Positions 18,769 through 29,249 of a stretch of 64,000 nucleotides of DNA are shown here, piece after piece. Every line of letters begins with the position of its first letter. Positions within the stretch are counted from its first letter, which is position 1. The stretch covers positions 124,001 to 188,000 of IMG/VR virus record IMGVR_UViG_3300037010_001227. One strand, written 5' to 3'. The position numbers were made by a program, and so were the translations under genes. The notes under the pieces are model-generated. The model saw nothing but the letters and a program-made list of their open reading frames with translations, did no database searches and was not told the DNA's origin.

Positions 18769-19290
18769 ATGACTGATTCTATAGCTCGTAAGATTGCCAA
18801 ACATCTTCATAAGAAGACTGTTGCTTTCACAGCAGACTTCTTCAAGAAACACGCAGATTATGTAAAGTTACAAACTGCCGAACTATCTCCAAAAGCTAAA
18901 GAACTTAAAAGGCTTATTGAAGAAGGTGATGTAGACTTTGGTTGTCAGCAGGATTCAGTAATTCAGGTTTTAGAAGTTTTACTCGGTGAAAAGCTGGGTA
19001 TTTACTATAATAACAGTAATTCTGATGAAGGCCCTTGGATGAATACTGATAGTTCCAAGGCTGGCCTTATCTACAAGAATCTAAATCCAGATAATGATGT
19101 TCGAGTAGGTGCTCTTCTTATGACTATTTCCAATGATGCTAATGACTTCATTGATAAAACTGGGACTGAAGAATATGCCGGAATCACATATGCTCTAAAT
19201 AAGTTTTCAGTTCCTACAGTAGATGAAATTGAAGCATTTGTGGAGAGCGTCACAGTTAAGAAACTTGGTGAGTTCATCGTAATTGTTTAA
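18769..19290 (+). CDS. hypothetical protein
   Basis: 173 aa ORF with typical codon usage. Confidence 0.7.
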   Translation: MTDSIARKIAKHLHKKTVAFTADFFKKHADYVKLQTAELSPKAKELKRLIEEGDVDFGCQQDSVIQVLEVLLGEKLGIYYNNSNSDEGPWMNTDSSKAGLIYKNLNPDNDVRVGALLMTISNDANDFIDKTGTEEYAGITYALNKFSVPTVDEIEAFVESVTVKKLGEFIVIV

Positions 19291-19508
19291 CTAAATTATC
19301 ATATATCGCGTCTACTAAACCTCTCCAGAGACTAAACGCTTACAAAAGCTGACTGTGTATGTTATAGTAGCAATCTTGTAGTATAGCAGTGAGAATTAAA
19401 TTTGATGAATTTAAAGACGCCTACGAAACCTCTCCAGAAGTCAACGACACAATTATAGAAATTAAGAAATACCAGTCGGACTGTGCATGTTTTCGTAGTT
19501 AATCCAGT

Positions 19509-19574
19509 AGAGTCACTATCATTACCACATTCTGTAATATTATAAAATTATAGGTAATGATAGTGACTCTTTTT
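19509..19574 (+). terminator. 18-bp perfect inverted repeat with 26-nt AT loop, followed by a T-tract
   Basis: AGAGTCACTATCATTACC (19509-19526) / GGTAATGATAGTGACTCT (19553-19570). Confidence 0.6.
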
Positions 19575-19590
19575 CTTTTATGGAGATAAA

Positions 19591-19932
19591 ATGAAACAAC
19601 TAAAAGCAGCTCTTGAGAAAGCTGGATTCAAAAAACAAGCTATGAAACAAGGTGAGAAACGGTATAAAGTGTTTCATTTACCTTCTGCTCAGTTTCTTTC
19701 ATACCTTGGATACCCAGATTCCAAGAAGAAAAAGAAAGCCCCTGTAGTGGCAATATTTAAAAGTAAAGCAGCTGCTGGACATGCAAGAGATTCAGTAACA
19801 GGCTGGAATACAAAAGAAAAGTATTCCTGTTTTGGCTTTGTTGACAAGATCCCTAAAACTCAACTACATATTGATCTGTTTGACATCATTGAGGTAGACG
19901 AGTATGAAAATACCCAAGATCACAATTTCTAA
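19591..19932 (+). CDS. hypothetical protein, FHxP...FDIIEV family
   Basis: YKVFHLPS...LFDIIEV shared with ORFs at 31398-32377. Confidence 0.7.
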   Translation: MKQLKAALEKAGFKKQAMKQGEKRYKVFHLPSAQFLSYLGYPDSKKKKKAPVVAIFKSKAAAGHARDSVTGWNTKEKYSCFGFVDKIPKTQLHIDLFDIIEVDEYENTQDHNF

Positions 19933-20549
19933 CAAAGCTAAATACACTATAGTTAGTATATTAGAAGGATCTCTCTTGCTAGGAATGGTAGTTGGATTGT
20001 TTGTGTTAACAAACACAAGAGAACCAGAAATCATCAAAACAACAGGAAGTATCTCTAAGCTCGAACTTGTTTTAGACGAACCTCCATCAGCATATTATGT
20101 TCGTGTTAGTCTTAGAAGCTCTAACTTGTCACCTCTTGTGACTAATTTAAAGGTTGGAGAAACATTACACTTGAATCATCAGTATGTATTTTTTACTAAA
20201 AACAATGTAATCCTATATCACACGGACAGCAAGTAACTCTCAACCAACCACTCTAAAGAGTATCGGACTAAACATGACCTGACTAAAACGAGTAATTTCT
20301 TTTTCTTTAAATATTAGTATGATTGACGTTATGGAGCATTAGTAGAATATTTTGATGCCCCGGAGGCTGTTATAATGAAAACTATTTCTATCTTCATTGA
20401 TGAAGCTATTAAAGATGGCATCGAATTTTGTAAGAAAGGTATTCCTCTTCAGAACAATCCTTATAAGTCCTTTAACGAAGATCCAGAGGTCATATGGACT
20501 GCTGCTGATTGTTTTGAAGAAGCATACAAATTTTTCGAAGCGAGAAAAA

Positions 20550-20822
20550 ATGAACAAAACTGATTATATTAATTTCCTAGAGATAATTTTTGACTTAGTT
20601 GGATCACAAAACTCAACTGAAGCCTTAAGTCTTATTGACGGTTCAAAAGAAGAATTACTAAAAGCTTACAATGATGGGTATGACGCACAAAAGACTGCAA
20701 TTCCTTTTGATACTAACCCCTTTCCAGAAGTTAAAGATACCACCTACAACTCTTACATTGCATGGGCAGAAGGTTGGATGAATGCTTATCTGGAAACTGT
20801 CAACACAGATACAGGAGACTAA
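20550..20822 (+). CDS. protein with ribosome-modulation-factor-like motif
   Basis: AYNDGYDA..NPF..AWAEGW resembles the RMF pattern AyxxGYxAG..CPY..WxxGW. Confidence 0.45.
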   Translation: MNKTDYINFLEIIFDLVGSQNSTEALSLIDGSKEELLKAYNDGYDAQKTAIPFDTNPFPEVKDTTYNSYIAWAEGWMNAYLETVNTDTGD

Positions 20823-21662
20823 ATGAAGCGAGATGTTCGGGATATCTGCACACAACGTTCTTATCTTGATGAAGGTTGTATGTCTAATGATAAGAACGTA
20901 AATCCTTTTGACGAAGATACTCGATTGGAACAGAAAAGAATTCTGTCTCATGCTAAACAGACAAGTTCTTGGTCGCGTGGTGGTGGATACGTTTGTAACT
21001 ATCGTTATATCCGTCGGTTTATTGAAAAGAATGTCGGAAGAGCCTGGAATGATGTTTTCAGTGAACTTTGTAAAGTAGCTGATTCTCGACAACTCACTTC
21101 TTTACGAGTTAGGGAAGAAGCAACAAGAACTTTGATTTCTTTAGTTCCTTGTCATGTAAGCAAAACTACTGGCAATTTAGTAGACGCTTACGGTAAAATC
21201 GTCACTAACAAAGCCTCTATTTACCAATGCAAAAAATTCTATGTTGATGACAATGGAATTCTTTGTGAGTTTGTGCCTCAAAAAGTAGACCCTAAAGATA
21301 GTCCTAAATATTACCAGTATACTCCACCACCTAAAATTGATCCTTTCAATCCCAGTGGTAGGAACATGCGTATCAAAGCCAATCAATACCTTGTTGGTGT
21401 TGGTTCTAATCATTACATAATTGATACGATTGATATTTCTAAGGTGTCTCCTAACAAGTTGTTTACTACTCTTATAGAACATGGTGATGTTATTCTGAAT
21501 ATGAGACATCCCAAAGGATATCCAGAATATTACAAACTCAATCCTGAACTTCTTGAAAAGGATTTAAGAGCTATCTATTCTGGTGATCTGGTTCTTGGAT
21601 ATCGTAAATCTGCTGCAACTCAAAGCATCCTCAATGAAAACTGGAAACAACCAGTCGAATAA
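20823..21662 (+). CDS. hypothetical protein
   Basis: 279 aa; SD AGGAG. Confidence 0.75.
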   Translation: MKRDVRDICTQRSYLDEGCMSNDKNVNPFDEDTRLEQKRILSHAKQTSSWSRGGGYVCNYRYIRRFIEKNVGRAWNDVFSELCKVADSRQLTSLRVREEATRTLISLVPCHVSKTTGNLVDAYGKIVTNKASIYQCKKFYVDDNGILCEFVPQKVDPKDSPKYYQYTPPPKIDPFNPSGRNMRIKANQYLVGVGSNHYIIDTIDISKVSPNKLFTTLIEHGDVILNMRHPKGYPEYYKLNPELLEKDLRAIYSGDLVLGYRKSAATQSILNENWKQPVE

Positions 21663-21669
21663 ATAACCT

Positions 21670-21703
21670 AAACAGGGTTCACTATTAATAGTGAACCCTG
21701 TTT
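21670..21703. repeat. perfect 34-bp palindrome
   Basis: AAACAGGGTTCACTATT|AATAGTGAACCCTGTTT, no spacer. Confidence 0.9.
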
Positions 21704-22315
21704 TATTTTGGGAGAACTTAGTGGATAAGAATACTGCTCCCAGCTATCATTGGGAACAAACACTTAAAGAACAAACTGGTAAAGAGATTAAAACCAAATG
21801 TTCTGCATATAAATGGGAAAATGGCTTGTATCGGTATTTCTTTAGAAATGTTCGAAACGATTATTATTTTGAATGTTTAGTTTACCGAGGACAATATCCA
21901 CCCTCTGTAGGTAATGCCTTTTTTCTAAATGCGTATAATAAAATTTATATGCATGTAGGAAAATGTATTCGATGTGAAAAATGGCGAGAAAACATTGAGG
22001 AACAGTTCTGTCCAAGATGTATGGATGCTGTTAAATCTCTTGAAGATTGTAAGTCAATCGCACTAACAGAAATTGATTATGAGCTTAGACTCATCAAATT
22101 CTAAGAGTTTTAGTGTATAATAAACTAGATGAATGAGCATTACTTTGGTTTCTTTATCCTATTGGTGCCATGAATTGTGTTTTATAGCTAACAGCAAAAA
22201 TGAAAGTTGCTAAAGATACTATACATATTGTTTTTGGTAATTCTTCGTTCAACACTGTTTATATTATTTGTTGGACTATTAACAAAATGTGTTCTTATTA
22301 TCATAAAGGCTAGTC

Positions 22316-22576
22316 ATGACAAATAATTTTGATTCTATTGAAGATGAACTGAAGTTCATTTTTGAAACCCGTAAAACTTCGTATCCAAACAATCCAAAAG
22401 AATTTCTAAAACGTCTAGGTCAGATTTATCTTCTTGGCACTATTAGTGAAGAAGCTTTCAATATTGCCAAAGATATTTATAACGGCACAGGATCAGCAAA
22501 GAAGTCTTCCTCAAGTAGAGCTTCTACTCACGATCCTTATGAAAGTGGTGGTCGAGTTACGAATAGTAGGTGTTAA
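22316..22576 (+). CDS. small protein with Ser/Gly-rich tail, abutting a radical SAM gene
   Basis: C-terminus SSSSRASTHDPYESGGRVTNSRC; stop directly adjacent to rSAM ATG. Confidence 0.7.
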   Translation: MTNNFDSIEDELKFIFETRKTSYPNNPKEFLKRLGQIYLLGTISEEAFNIAKDIYNGTGSAKKSSSSRASTHDPYESGGRVTNSRC

Positions 22577-23461
22577 ATGCGAAACATTCGATTGTTCGGT
22601 AAAATAATTCCATTGAAAGACAGGGATTGTGGACTGAATGGAAAGCCTGGTGAATTAAGGGAACCTTCAGTCAATATCTTTGTAAAGATCACTGATAATT
22701 GTAATGCAGCTTGTCCGTTCTGTGTCTTTACAAATGCTGCATATACTCGTTTTAATAACATCAAGTTCATTAACACTCTTGATACAATCAGGAGTCAAAT
22801 AAAAATATCTAAAATCTCTTTTACTGGTGGAGAACCTACTCTCCAGCGAGATACTTTAGATTTGGTTCTTTGGGGAATCCATAATCTTGATCCTAAAATC
22901 AATGTCACAGTAAATACAAATGGCTTTGATTTAGAAGCATTTCCTTACGATTACATCAATAATATGTCTCTCAGTAAGCATCATTACGATCCAGGTATTG
23001 ATGATGTAATCTTTGGACATAAAACATATAAGAGCGAAGAAATCAATAAAATGATTGCTTCTATTCCAAAAGAAAAATTACAGCTTTCTTGCAGTGTAGC
23101 TAAGAGTGGACTTTATAAGACAATTGATTCAACAGATGAAATCTATAAGTATCTTACTTTCTATGCTGGATTGGGAGTTTATGCTTTTGGTTTCAATTCT
23201 TTAATGGCTGTAAATGATTACTGTAAGAGTCATTATTTGAATACCCTTGAAATGTTGGACAAACTTCCTAATACAAGAAAGTCAATGTCTTGGTTACGTC
23301 CTGACAAGGGTTGTATGTGTAATAATTATGTTACAGCAACTCCTTCTGGATTAGTTACCAGTTATGCTAAGTGTAATAAAGACATTGCAGCTTGTGATAG
23401 CATTCTTGTGTTTGATGTAGACAAACTCATGCTTGGCTTCGGTGGAGAAGTCATTTATTAG
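22577..23461 (+). CDS. radical SAM enzyme
   Basis: CNAACPFC (CxxxCxxC), FTGGEP, NTNG; C-terminal CMC. Confidence 0.9.
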   Translation: MRNIRLFGKIIPLKDRDCGLNGKPGELREPSVNIFVKITDNCNAACPFCVFTNAAYTRFNNIKFINTLDTIRSQIKISKISFTGGEPTLQRDTLDLVLWGIHNLDPKINVTVNTNGFDLEAFPYDYINNMSLSKHHYDPGIDDVIFGHKTYKSEEINKMIASIPKEKLQLSCSVAKSGLYKTIDSTDEIYKYLTFYAGLGVYAFGFNSLMAVNDYCKSHYLNTLEMLDKLPNTRKSMSWLRPDKGCMCNNYVTATPSGLVTSYAKCNKDIAACDSILVFDVDKLMLGFGGEVIY

Positions 23462-24088
23462 AAGATATAATGTATACAAGAGAAAACTTTTTAAAAGAGA
23501 CTGGGCTTCAAGAATTATTTGATGTTACAATTCAATCAAGAGATTCTTTTATTGATGCTCTATTTGAAAAAAAAATGTAGCTAGTTACGCTGAATATACA
23601 ATCAAACAAGAACGTATTGGACATATTTATGATAAATTACTATTAAACCCATTCAATTTAGCTGGAATATGATCAAAGCTCCATTTGTTTGATATTGGCA
23701 TTGGATTGAAGATACTTTAGTCATCTTTTCTTTATCTTACATGCTGCCACACGTAGCTGTTATGTTGACAAAGAAAATTTCTAACTTTGTTGTCTGTGCT
23801 TCTTTTGAATTTCTGATGGTAGTGATTGGTCAAGTAACTAAAGCTTATCAAGAAAAGGATAAGTAATGTGCTGAGTATTAAGTAGTCATAGATGGTCTGA
23901 TTGGAGTCCAAAGAAAGAAATTCTAATTCAGACCGTAAGAGAAGAGTTTCCTCTTGTGTTTAATATTATCGTAGTAAGAGTAACACAAGAAAGAACTTGT
24001 CTAGTTTATAATGAAATACAAAGTAGATTAGTTGAAACTTATGAAAAACCAAAAAATATATTGGTTTTTATAAACAACAGAGATAATA

Positions 24089-25060
24089 ATGGATTTGAAA
24101 GATATCGGATTTTATACTCTTTCAGACGAACGGGCACGAAGTGCCTCTAAAACCTCACCTTTGATGCGCTGTGAATTGATTTTAACTGATCAGTGCAATT
24201 TCAAATGTCCTTATTGCCGTGGTCCTAAAGCTGGATTTGATGGTATTATGCCATTAGATCGAGCCAAATCTTATGTAGATTGGTGGGCAGGACAAGGACT
24301 TAAAAATATCAGATTCTCTGGTGGTGAGCCTACAGCTTATTACCAGTTACTTGATTTAGTGAAATTCACTAAGGAATCTGGTATTGAACGGATCGCTATT
24401 TCAACCAATGGCTCTGCTAAGTCAAGCTACTATATTGATCTTATTGAGGCCGGTGTAAACGATATATCCATATCCTTCGACGCCTGCTGTGCAGCTTTTG
24501 GTGACAAGATGGCTGGAGGTATCCCTGGAGCTTGGGAAAGAGTGGTTCAGAACGTCAAGATACTTTCCCAGCTTACTTATGTGACTCTTGGCATCGTTGT
24601 CACAGAAGAAACAGTAGATCAGTTGGAAGATGTGGTTAAGTTAGGTGCCGAGTTAGGTGCCCAGGATCTTCGTATTATTTCAGCAGCTCAATATAACGAG
24701 CTTCTAACTTCAGTAGAATTGCTACCTTCCACTTTAGTAGATAAATACCCTATTCTCAAGTATAGGGTGAATAATATTAAATCAGGGAGGAATGTAAGAG
24801 GTATCCAAAAAACAGATTCACATAAATGTCCTCTTGTATTAGATGATATGCTTATTATTGGAGATAGTCATTTTCCATGCGTTATTTATGCACGGGAGCA
24901 TGGAGAACCTATTGGTAAAGTTACTTCCAATACACGCGAAGATAGATATCAGTGGTATCTAAAACATGATACACATCTTGATAGTATCTGCAAGATTAAC
25001 TGTTTAGATGTCTGCGTTGATTACTCCAACAAATACATGGAGTTTCACGACACGGAATGA
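24089..25060 (+). CDS. radical SAM enzyme with Cys-rich (Twitch/SPASM-like) C-terminus
   Basis: CNFKCPYC, FSGGEP, STNG; KCP..PCV..ICKINCLDVC. Confidence 0.9.
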   Translation: MDLKDIGFYTLSDERARSASKTSPLMRCELILTDQCNFKCPYCRGPKAGFDGIMPLDRAKSYVDWWAGQGLKNIRFSGGEPTAYYQLLDLVKFTKESGIERIAISTNGSAKSSYYIDLIEAGVNDISISFDACCAAFGDKMAGGIPGAWERVVQNVKILSQLTYVTLGIVVTEETVDQLEDVVKLGAELGAQDLRIISAAQYNELLTSVELLPSTLVDKYPILKYRVNNIKSGRNVRGIQKTDSHKCPLVLDDMLIIGDSHFPCVIYAREHGEPIGKVTSNTREDRYQWYLKHDTHLDSICKINCLDVCVDYSNKYMEFHDTE

Positions 25061-25717
25061 TATTTCTTAAACTTTCTATCTAAATATATTGTGGAATCTT
25101 TATAAATCCAGGTCAAAAATGTTTTACATACTGTACTTCCATGTAGAGCAAATTGACTAATTTCTGAACCTTTTTAGCATGACAAACAATAGAGTTTTTA
25201 CTATAATGTTTTAAAAAATGTTTTTTAAGTGTTTCACAAAACTGTGTGGTTCCAAGAATAGAGATAGATAGTTGCCCAGCTTTAGTCATATTTACAGAAC
25301 CGTTACCATCAAAATAACCACGAACAAAGTGTGGTATTAGAGAATCTGGTAGAAACGTTGGAAAAGTTACTTTAAGACTTTTGGCTTTTACTAATCCCAA
25401 CGTTTCTACCTGCTTACTAATATGTTTATTGGTTATAGATAGACAATATGTTGCTTTAGATTGATACTGTTTATCTTTAACTGTATTCAATCTTGAGGGT
25501 CTAAAGGTTAATGGTTTTGGTGTGTAATATGGATAAGATTGCTTAACTGTTCTAAAAGAGTTTTATCTGATTCTGTTAATATAAGTCTTACAGAATTGGT
25601 TTCTGGACTATTACAACCATCAGCATATAGAATACCAAGAAAATATGCTTTTTCAGGTGTATTAATACTATCAAAATAATCTTTTTTGAGTTGATATTTT
25701 CTACTTCGCTCATTCAT
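25045..25717 (-). pseudogene. frameshifted double-motif LAGLIDADG homing endonuclease
   Basis: AYFLGILYADGC (25508-25717) and FVRGYFDGNGSV (25113-25490) in different frames. Confidence 0.85.
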
Positions 25718-26748
25718 AGATATAATAGTTACATTTTGGTTTTCAAAAAATTAAGTAACCCTGTGCAAGAAACACCATAATCTGGAGCCATTGATAGTGC
25801 TAACTCACCATTTACATATCTACTAATCAACCCATCTTTTACAGCTAATAACTTTGATACTGCTGGCATACTATTAATTGTGTTTGGAAGGTTACCATGG
25901 AGTAAAATAATGAAACTACCTCAGTTGTCTCCCTTGAATTTTACTTATTGCTCTTGGGAAGCTGGTGCATTTCATAAAGAACTTGGCATTGAACTACGGT
26001 ATGAAAAACTAAATCAAGAGCATGTTCGACGTGTATTTAAAGAACATGCTCTTGGTTGGTGTCCTGCTGAGAAATTAACAGTAAGACCTAAAGTTGATCA
26101 TGTTGCAATAATGCTTGAAGTTCAAGGTCAACTTGGATGGTTTCATTTGACCAATAATGAATTTAATCTAATATTTGGAGATTAAATGTTTACTCCTTGG
26201 GATATAAATCAACCACCAGATTTTGTAAATGAGTTGGGTATTAAATGGTGGTTTGACGCTGAAACTACTAAGTGGGCACACAGAAAGGATTCTAAAGGAA
26301 TTTCTCTACCTGATATTCATTGTTTTTTCATTGAAAAACCTGATGGCTATAAATCTCGTGTTTTAATTCAAAATAATAAAGACATTTATGAATCTCAGTC
26401 TCTTGAAGCAGTTGCTTGTCGTATTGACATTTTAAAATGCATTAAACAAGAAGAAGTATAAATGAAAATATGACTCCTAGTTAAACTTTAAATATATCTT
26501 ATACTGAAAGTCTTAAAAATCTGTTTGGTGAGATAAAACTTATTATGCTGTTTAAATGGAGTATTTTAAGTTATAATCCTGTAATAAATTCAATCAACCT
26601 TTTAAAATACACTGAAGGTATAAAAGAAATTACAGTATTTAAACTAGGTGGATTTTAATAAAGGATGTAAAAATAGTAATTATTGGTAAACTCGTGCTGT
26701 TGAATCAGCAGTCAAACTATTATTTCGTTCATTTCGTAGGAGATCAAT

Positions 26749-27147
26749 ATGAATATCCACCAAAAATACTATAGTAAGACTATGGAAGAAATGCTTACTT
26801 TAACAGAATGTGCTGTTCGTGCAGATTCTTATTCATCTCGCATGCTTTGGGTTGAAAATAGAACTCATTTTGATCCTAAACATATCAGAACTTGGGAACA
26901 AATCAATTTTGGATTTAGTCCAACTATTGATTATGTTAAACTGACAAATTCAGAATATACTGATGAAGAGTATCCAATTTGTGTGGAATTGTTTTGGGCT
27001 GAAGTTTCTAGCAAACTGATCCTTTTTTATCATTGTTGTTCCATGGTGTCACACTATGCAATTGTAGAAGAGTGGATTGACAAGATGTGCCCAAATAAGA
27101 AACATAAAACTGATGCAATGAATTTTTATACTTGTTTTAGAGACTAA
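26749..27147 (+). CDS. hypothetical protein
   Basis: SD AGGAG; 132 aa. Confidence 0.7.
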   Translation: MNIHQKYYSKTMEEMLTLTECAVRADSYSSRMLWVENRTHFDPKHIRTWEQINFGFSPTIDYVKLTNSEYTDEEYPICVELFWAEVSSKLILFYHCCSMVSHYAIVEEWIDKMCPNKKHKTDAMNFYTCFRD

Positions 27148-27453
27148 ATGCATTATATACTGGATTTTAATTTCATCTATTTTCTATGCTTGAGAATACT
27201 TTTCTAACCGGTATACTCTTGAACCTAGAATACCTTGGGTGCTATTAGTAGTAACATCATATTCTATTGGAGTTCTTTTATGGCTACCTGCTGCAATACA
27301 TCAGAAAAATCATTTGAGTATAGCAAGCACTATTTGGCCTGTAGTTGCATTAACAATGACAGTTTTAATAGGCTTGTTTTTATTTAATGGACATTTGAGT
27401 TTAGTAAATTAGATAGGACTCTTTCTGGGAGTAGTAGCAATACTATATTACTA
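27148..27453 (+). pseudogene. decayed SMR/DMT-type small membrane transporter
   Basis: Reading WVLLVVTSYSIGVLLWLPA...LSIASTIWPVVALTMTVLIGLFLFNGHLSLVN*IGLFLG with internal stop and frameshift. Confidence 0.5.
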
Positions 27454-27461
27454 AGTGTATA

Positions 27462-27878
27462 ATGGACAAAACACTATTTAAATCAACTGGTAAATTACAT
27501 TACTCAATAACAGATGTAGGATACAAATTAATAGTTGCTGTAGATCCTGGAATAGCGATGTATTATCGTAGTATGATTCCCAAATACATCGCTATTCCCA
27601 GACCACAGAAATATCCTACTCATATATCCGTTGTGAGAAAGGAAATCCCGCCAAATCTACAGTTCTGGGGAAAATATAACGAGGAACTTGTCGAATTTTT
27701 CTATAGCCCTGTTATCCATAATGACGATAGGTATTTCTGGCTTAATGCTTTTTGCACTCGTTTAGAGGATATTAGAGCAGAGTTAGGATTACCTATATCC
27801 TCTAAATACACAAGACCTCCTACTGGGTTTGAAAAGTGTTTCCATATCACGATAGGTAATATAAAGGAAGTAAAATGA
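27462..27878 (+). CDS. 2H phosphoesterase superfamily protein
   Basis: Two HxS/T motifs: HISVV and HITIG. Confidence 0.7.
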   Translation: MDKTLFKSTGKLHYSITDVGYKLIVAVDPGIAMYYRSMIPKYIAIPRPQKYPTHISVVRKEIPPNLQFWGKYNEELVEFFYSPVIHNDDRYFWLNAFCTRLEDIRAELGLPISSKYTRPPTGFEKCFHITIGNIKEVK

Positions 27879-28582
27879 TTACCTTAGACAAGGTTTTATT
27901 TAGTGTACTATTCATTATCTACATAGTACTAATAGAGCTTGTGTAGCGGTAGAAACATTAAATTTGGTTTCTCTACTTCAGGAATAGCTGATATAATTGA
28001 GAAAAGAAACTATTATTTGAAACAGTAACCATTAGCGATGAACAACAGGTCTTAAATATCCCTGCCTGCCATTTCAAGCGATATTGCGGTGGTGCAGGTA
28101 ATTGGAAGATTCATACTAACTTTTAATCACAAATCTCTTTGAGGTAAGAAAATGGCAGAGGGCCAGACAATACCAAAACTCTATATGGTAATTGGTATGT
28201 TCAACGATAATATTTATGGTAAACATACCTCTTATACAGACGCTTCAAAACAGGCTTCTGACCTCTGTAAAACTGCTCCAGACAAAGATTTTATTGTATT
28301 TGAAGCAGTTACTCGGCATAAAGCTGTTCTTATGGTTGAATCTATACCTATGAGATAGTTATGAATCAAATTATTGTAACTTACTTTTTTTACAATGGTA
28401 ATTCAATCTTTAGTTAAACTTGCGGGCACGGCAGGCGGCAGTGGTGGGTTCTATCCCTGTAAATGGAGATAAAATGAAGATAAAGTGAAGATTACTTGTA
28501 GTATTGCACTATAAGTAACTGATAGAATTTGGCTAATTAATCAAAATGGAACAATAGAACTTTATGCTACTTTGGAGCAATA

Positions 28583-28963
28583 ATGACAAAGGAAGAGATT
28601 GATAAACTTGCCATTATTTATAAAGGCAATAACATTGGATATTTAAATCCAACTCTTATCAAGAAAAACAGTATTACAGACAACGAAATAGAAGAGTTAA
28701 AACGTCTTCATTGTATCAAAGCTCATATTTTTGAGCAAATGGAGAAAACAGACGATCCAAAGTTACTCAAATCATTTGCTAAAGATGTAACAGAAACAGA
28801 GTTTGCACTTCAAAAAACCTGGCGTTTCATTCCTGATGAAACAATGCATGAATGGTATAAAGTTCCTAAATGCCAATGCAGTAAGATGGATAACGCAGAA
28901 CGACGTGGGACAAAATACCAAGTTATTAATGGTAATTGCCCTGTTCATGGTAGTGCAGAATGA
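28583..28963 (+). CDS. hypothetical phage protein with CxC...CPVH Zn motif
   Basis: PKCQCSKMDN...NCPVHG. Confidence 0.7.
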   Translation: MTKEEIDKLAIIYKGNNIGYLNPTLIKKNSITDNEIEELKRLHCIKAHIFEQMEKTDDPKLLKSFAKDVTETEFALQKTWRFIPDETMHEWYKVPKCQCSKMDNAERRGTKYQVINGNCPVHGSAE

Positions 28964-29249
28964 TTACATTACCGTTCTATACAGTAGTGGAGAAGTTCTG
29001 TTTCTAAGTGAGATAGTAGAAGAAGTATATGGCTGGCTTCCAATTCCTGAATGTCCTTTTGCACCGGATAAATCATGACCCCGCGAAGAAAAGAACTTAT
29101 TAACGGAGTTAAAATAGAAGAATACTATTGGGCAGGTGATTATCCATGTTATGTTGATAATCTTTTGTCTAAAGATTCTTATAATATAACAAAAGAATTG
29201 TTATTATCTGGTAAAAAACCAAACTTAGTCACTGCACCTAGGAGAAATA

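Noticed and set aside
20367-20377. Extended -10 promoter TGTTATAAT
   Set aside because: It overlaps the SD-ATG spacer of ORF 20375 and has no properly spaced -35, so it is likely coincidental in AT-rich DNA.
23470-23672. Programmed -1 frameshift or phase variation at the A9 tract (23567-23575)
   Set aside because: No stimulatory structure is evident and the surrounding region is generally decayed, so it cannot be told apart from a simple indel.
25045-25717. Group I intron or intein hosting the LAGLIDADG gene
   Set aside because: It is antisense and lies after the rSAM stop; the flanking genes look complete, and no intron core or intein motifs were seen.
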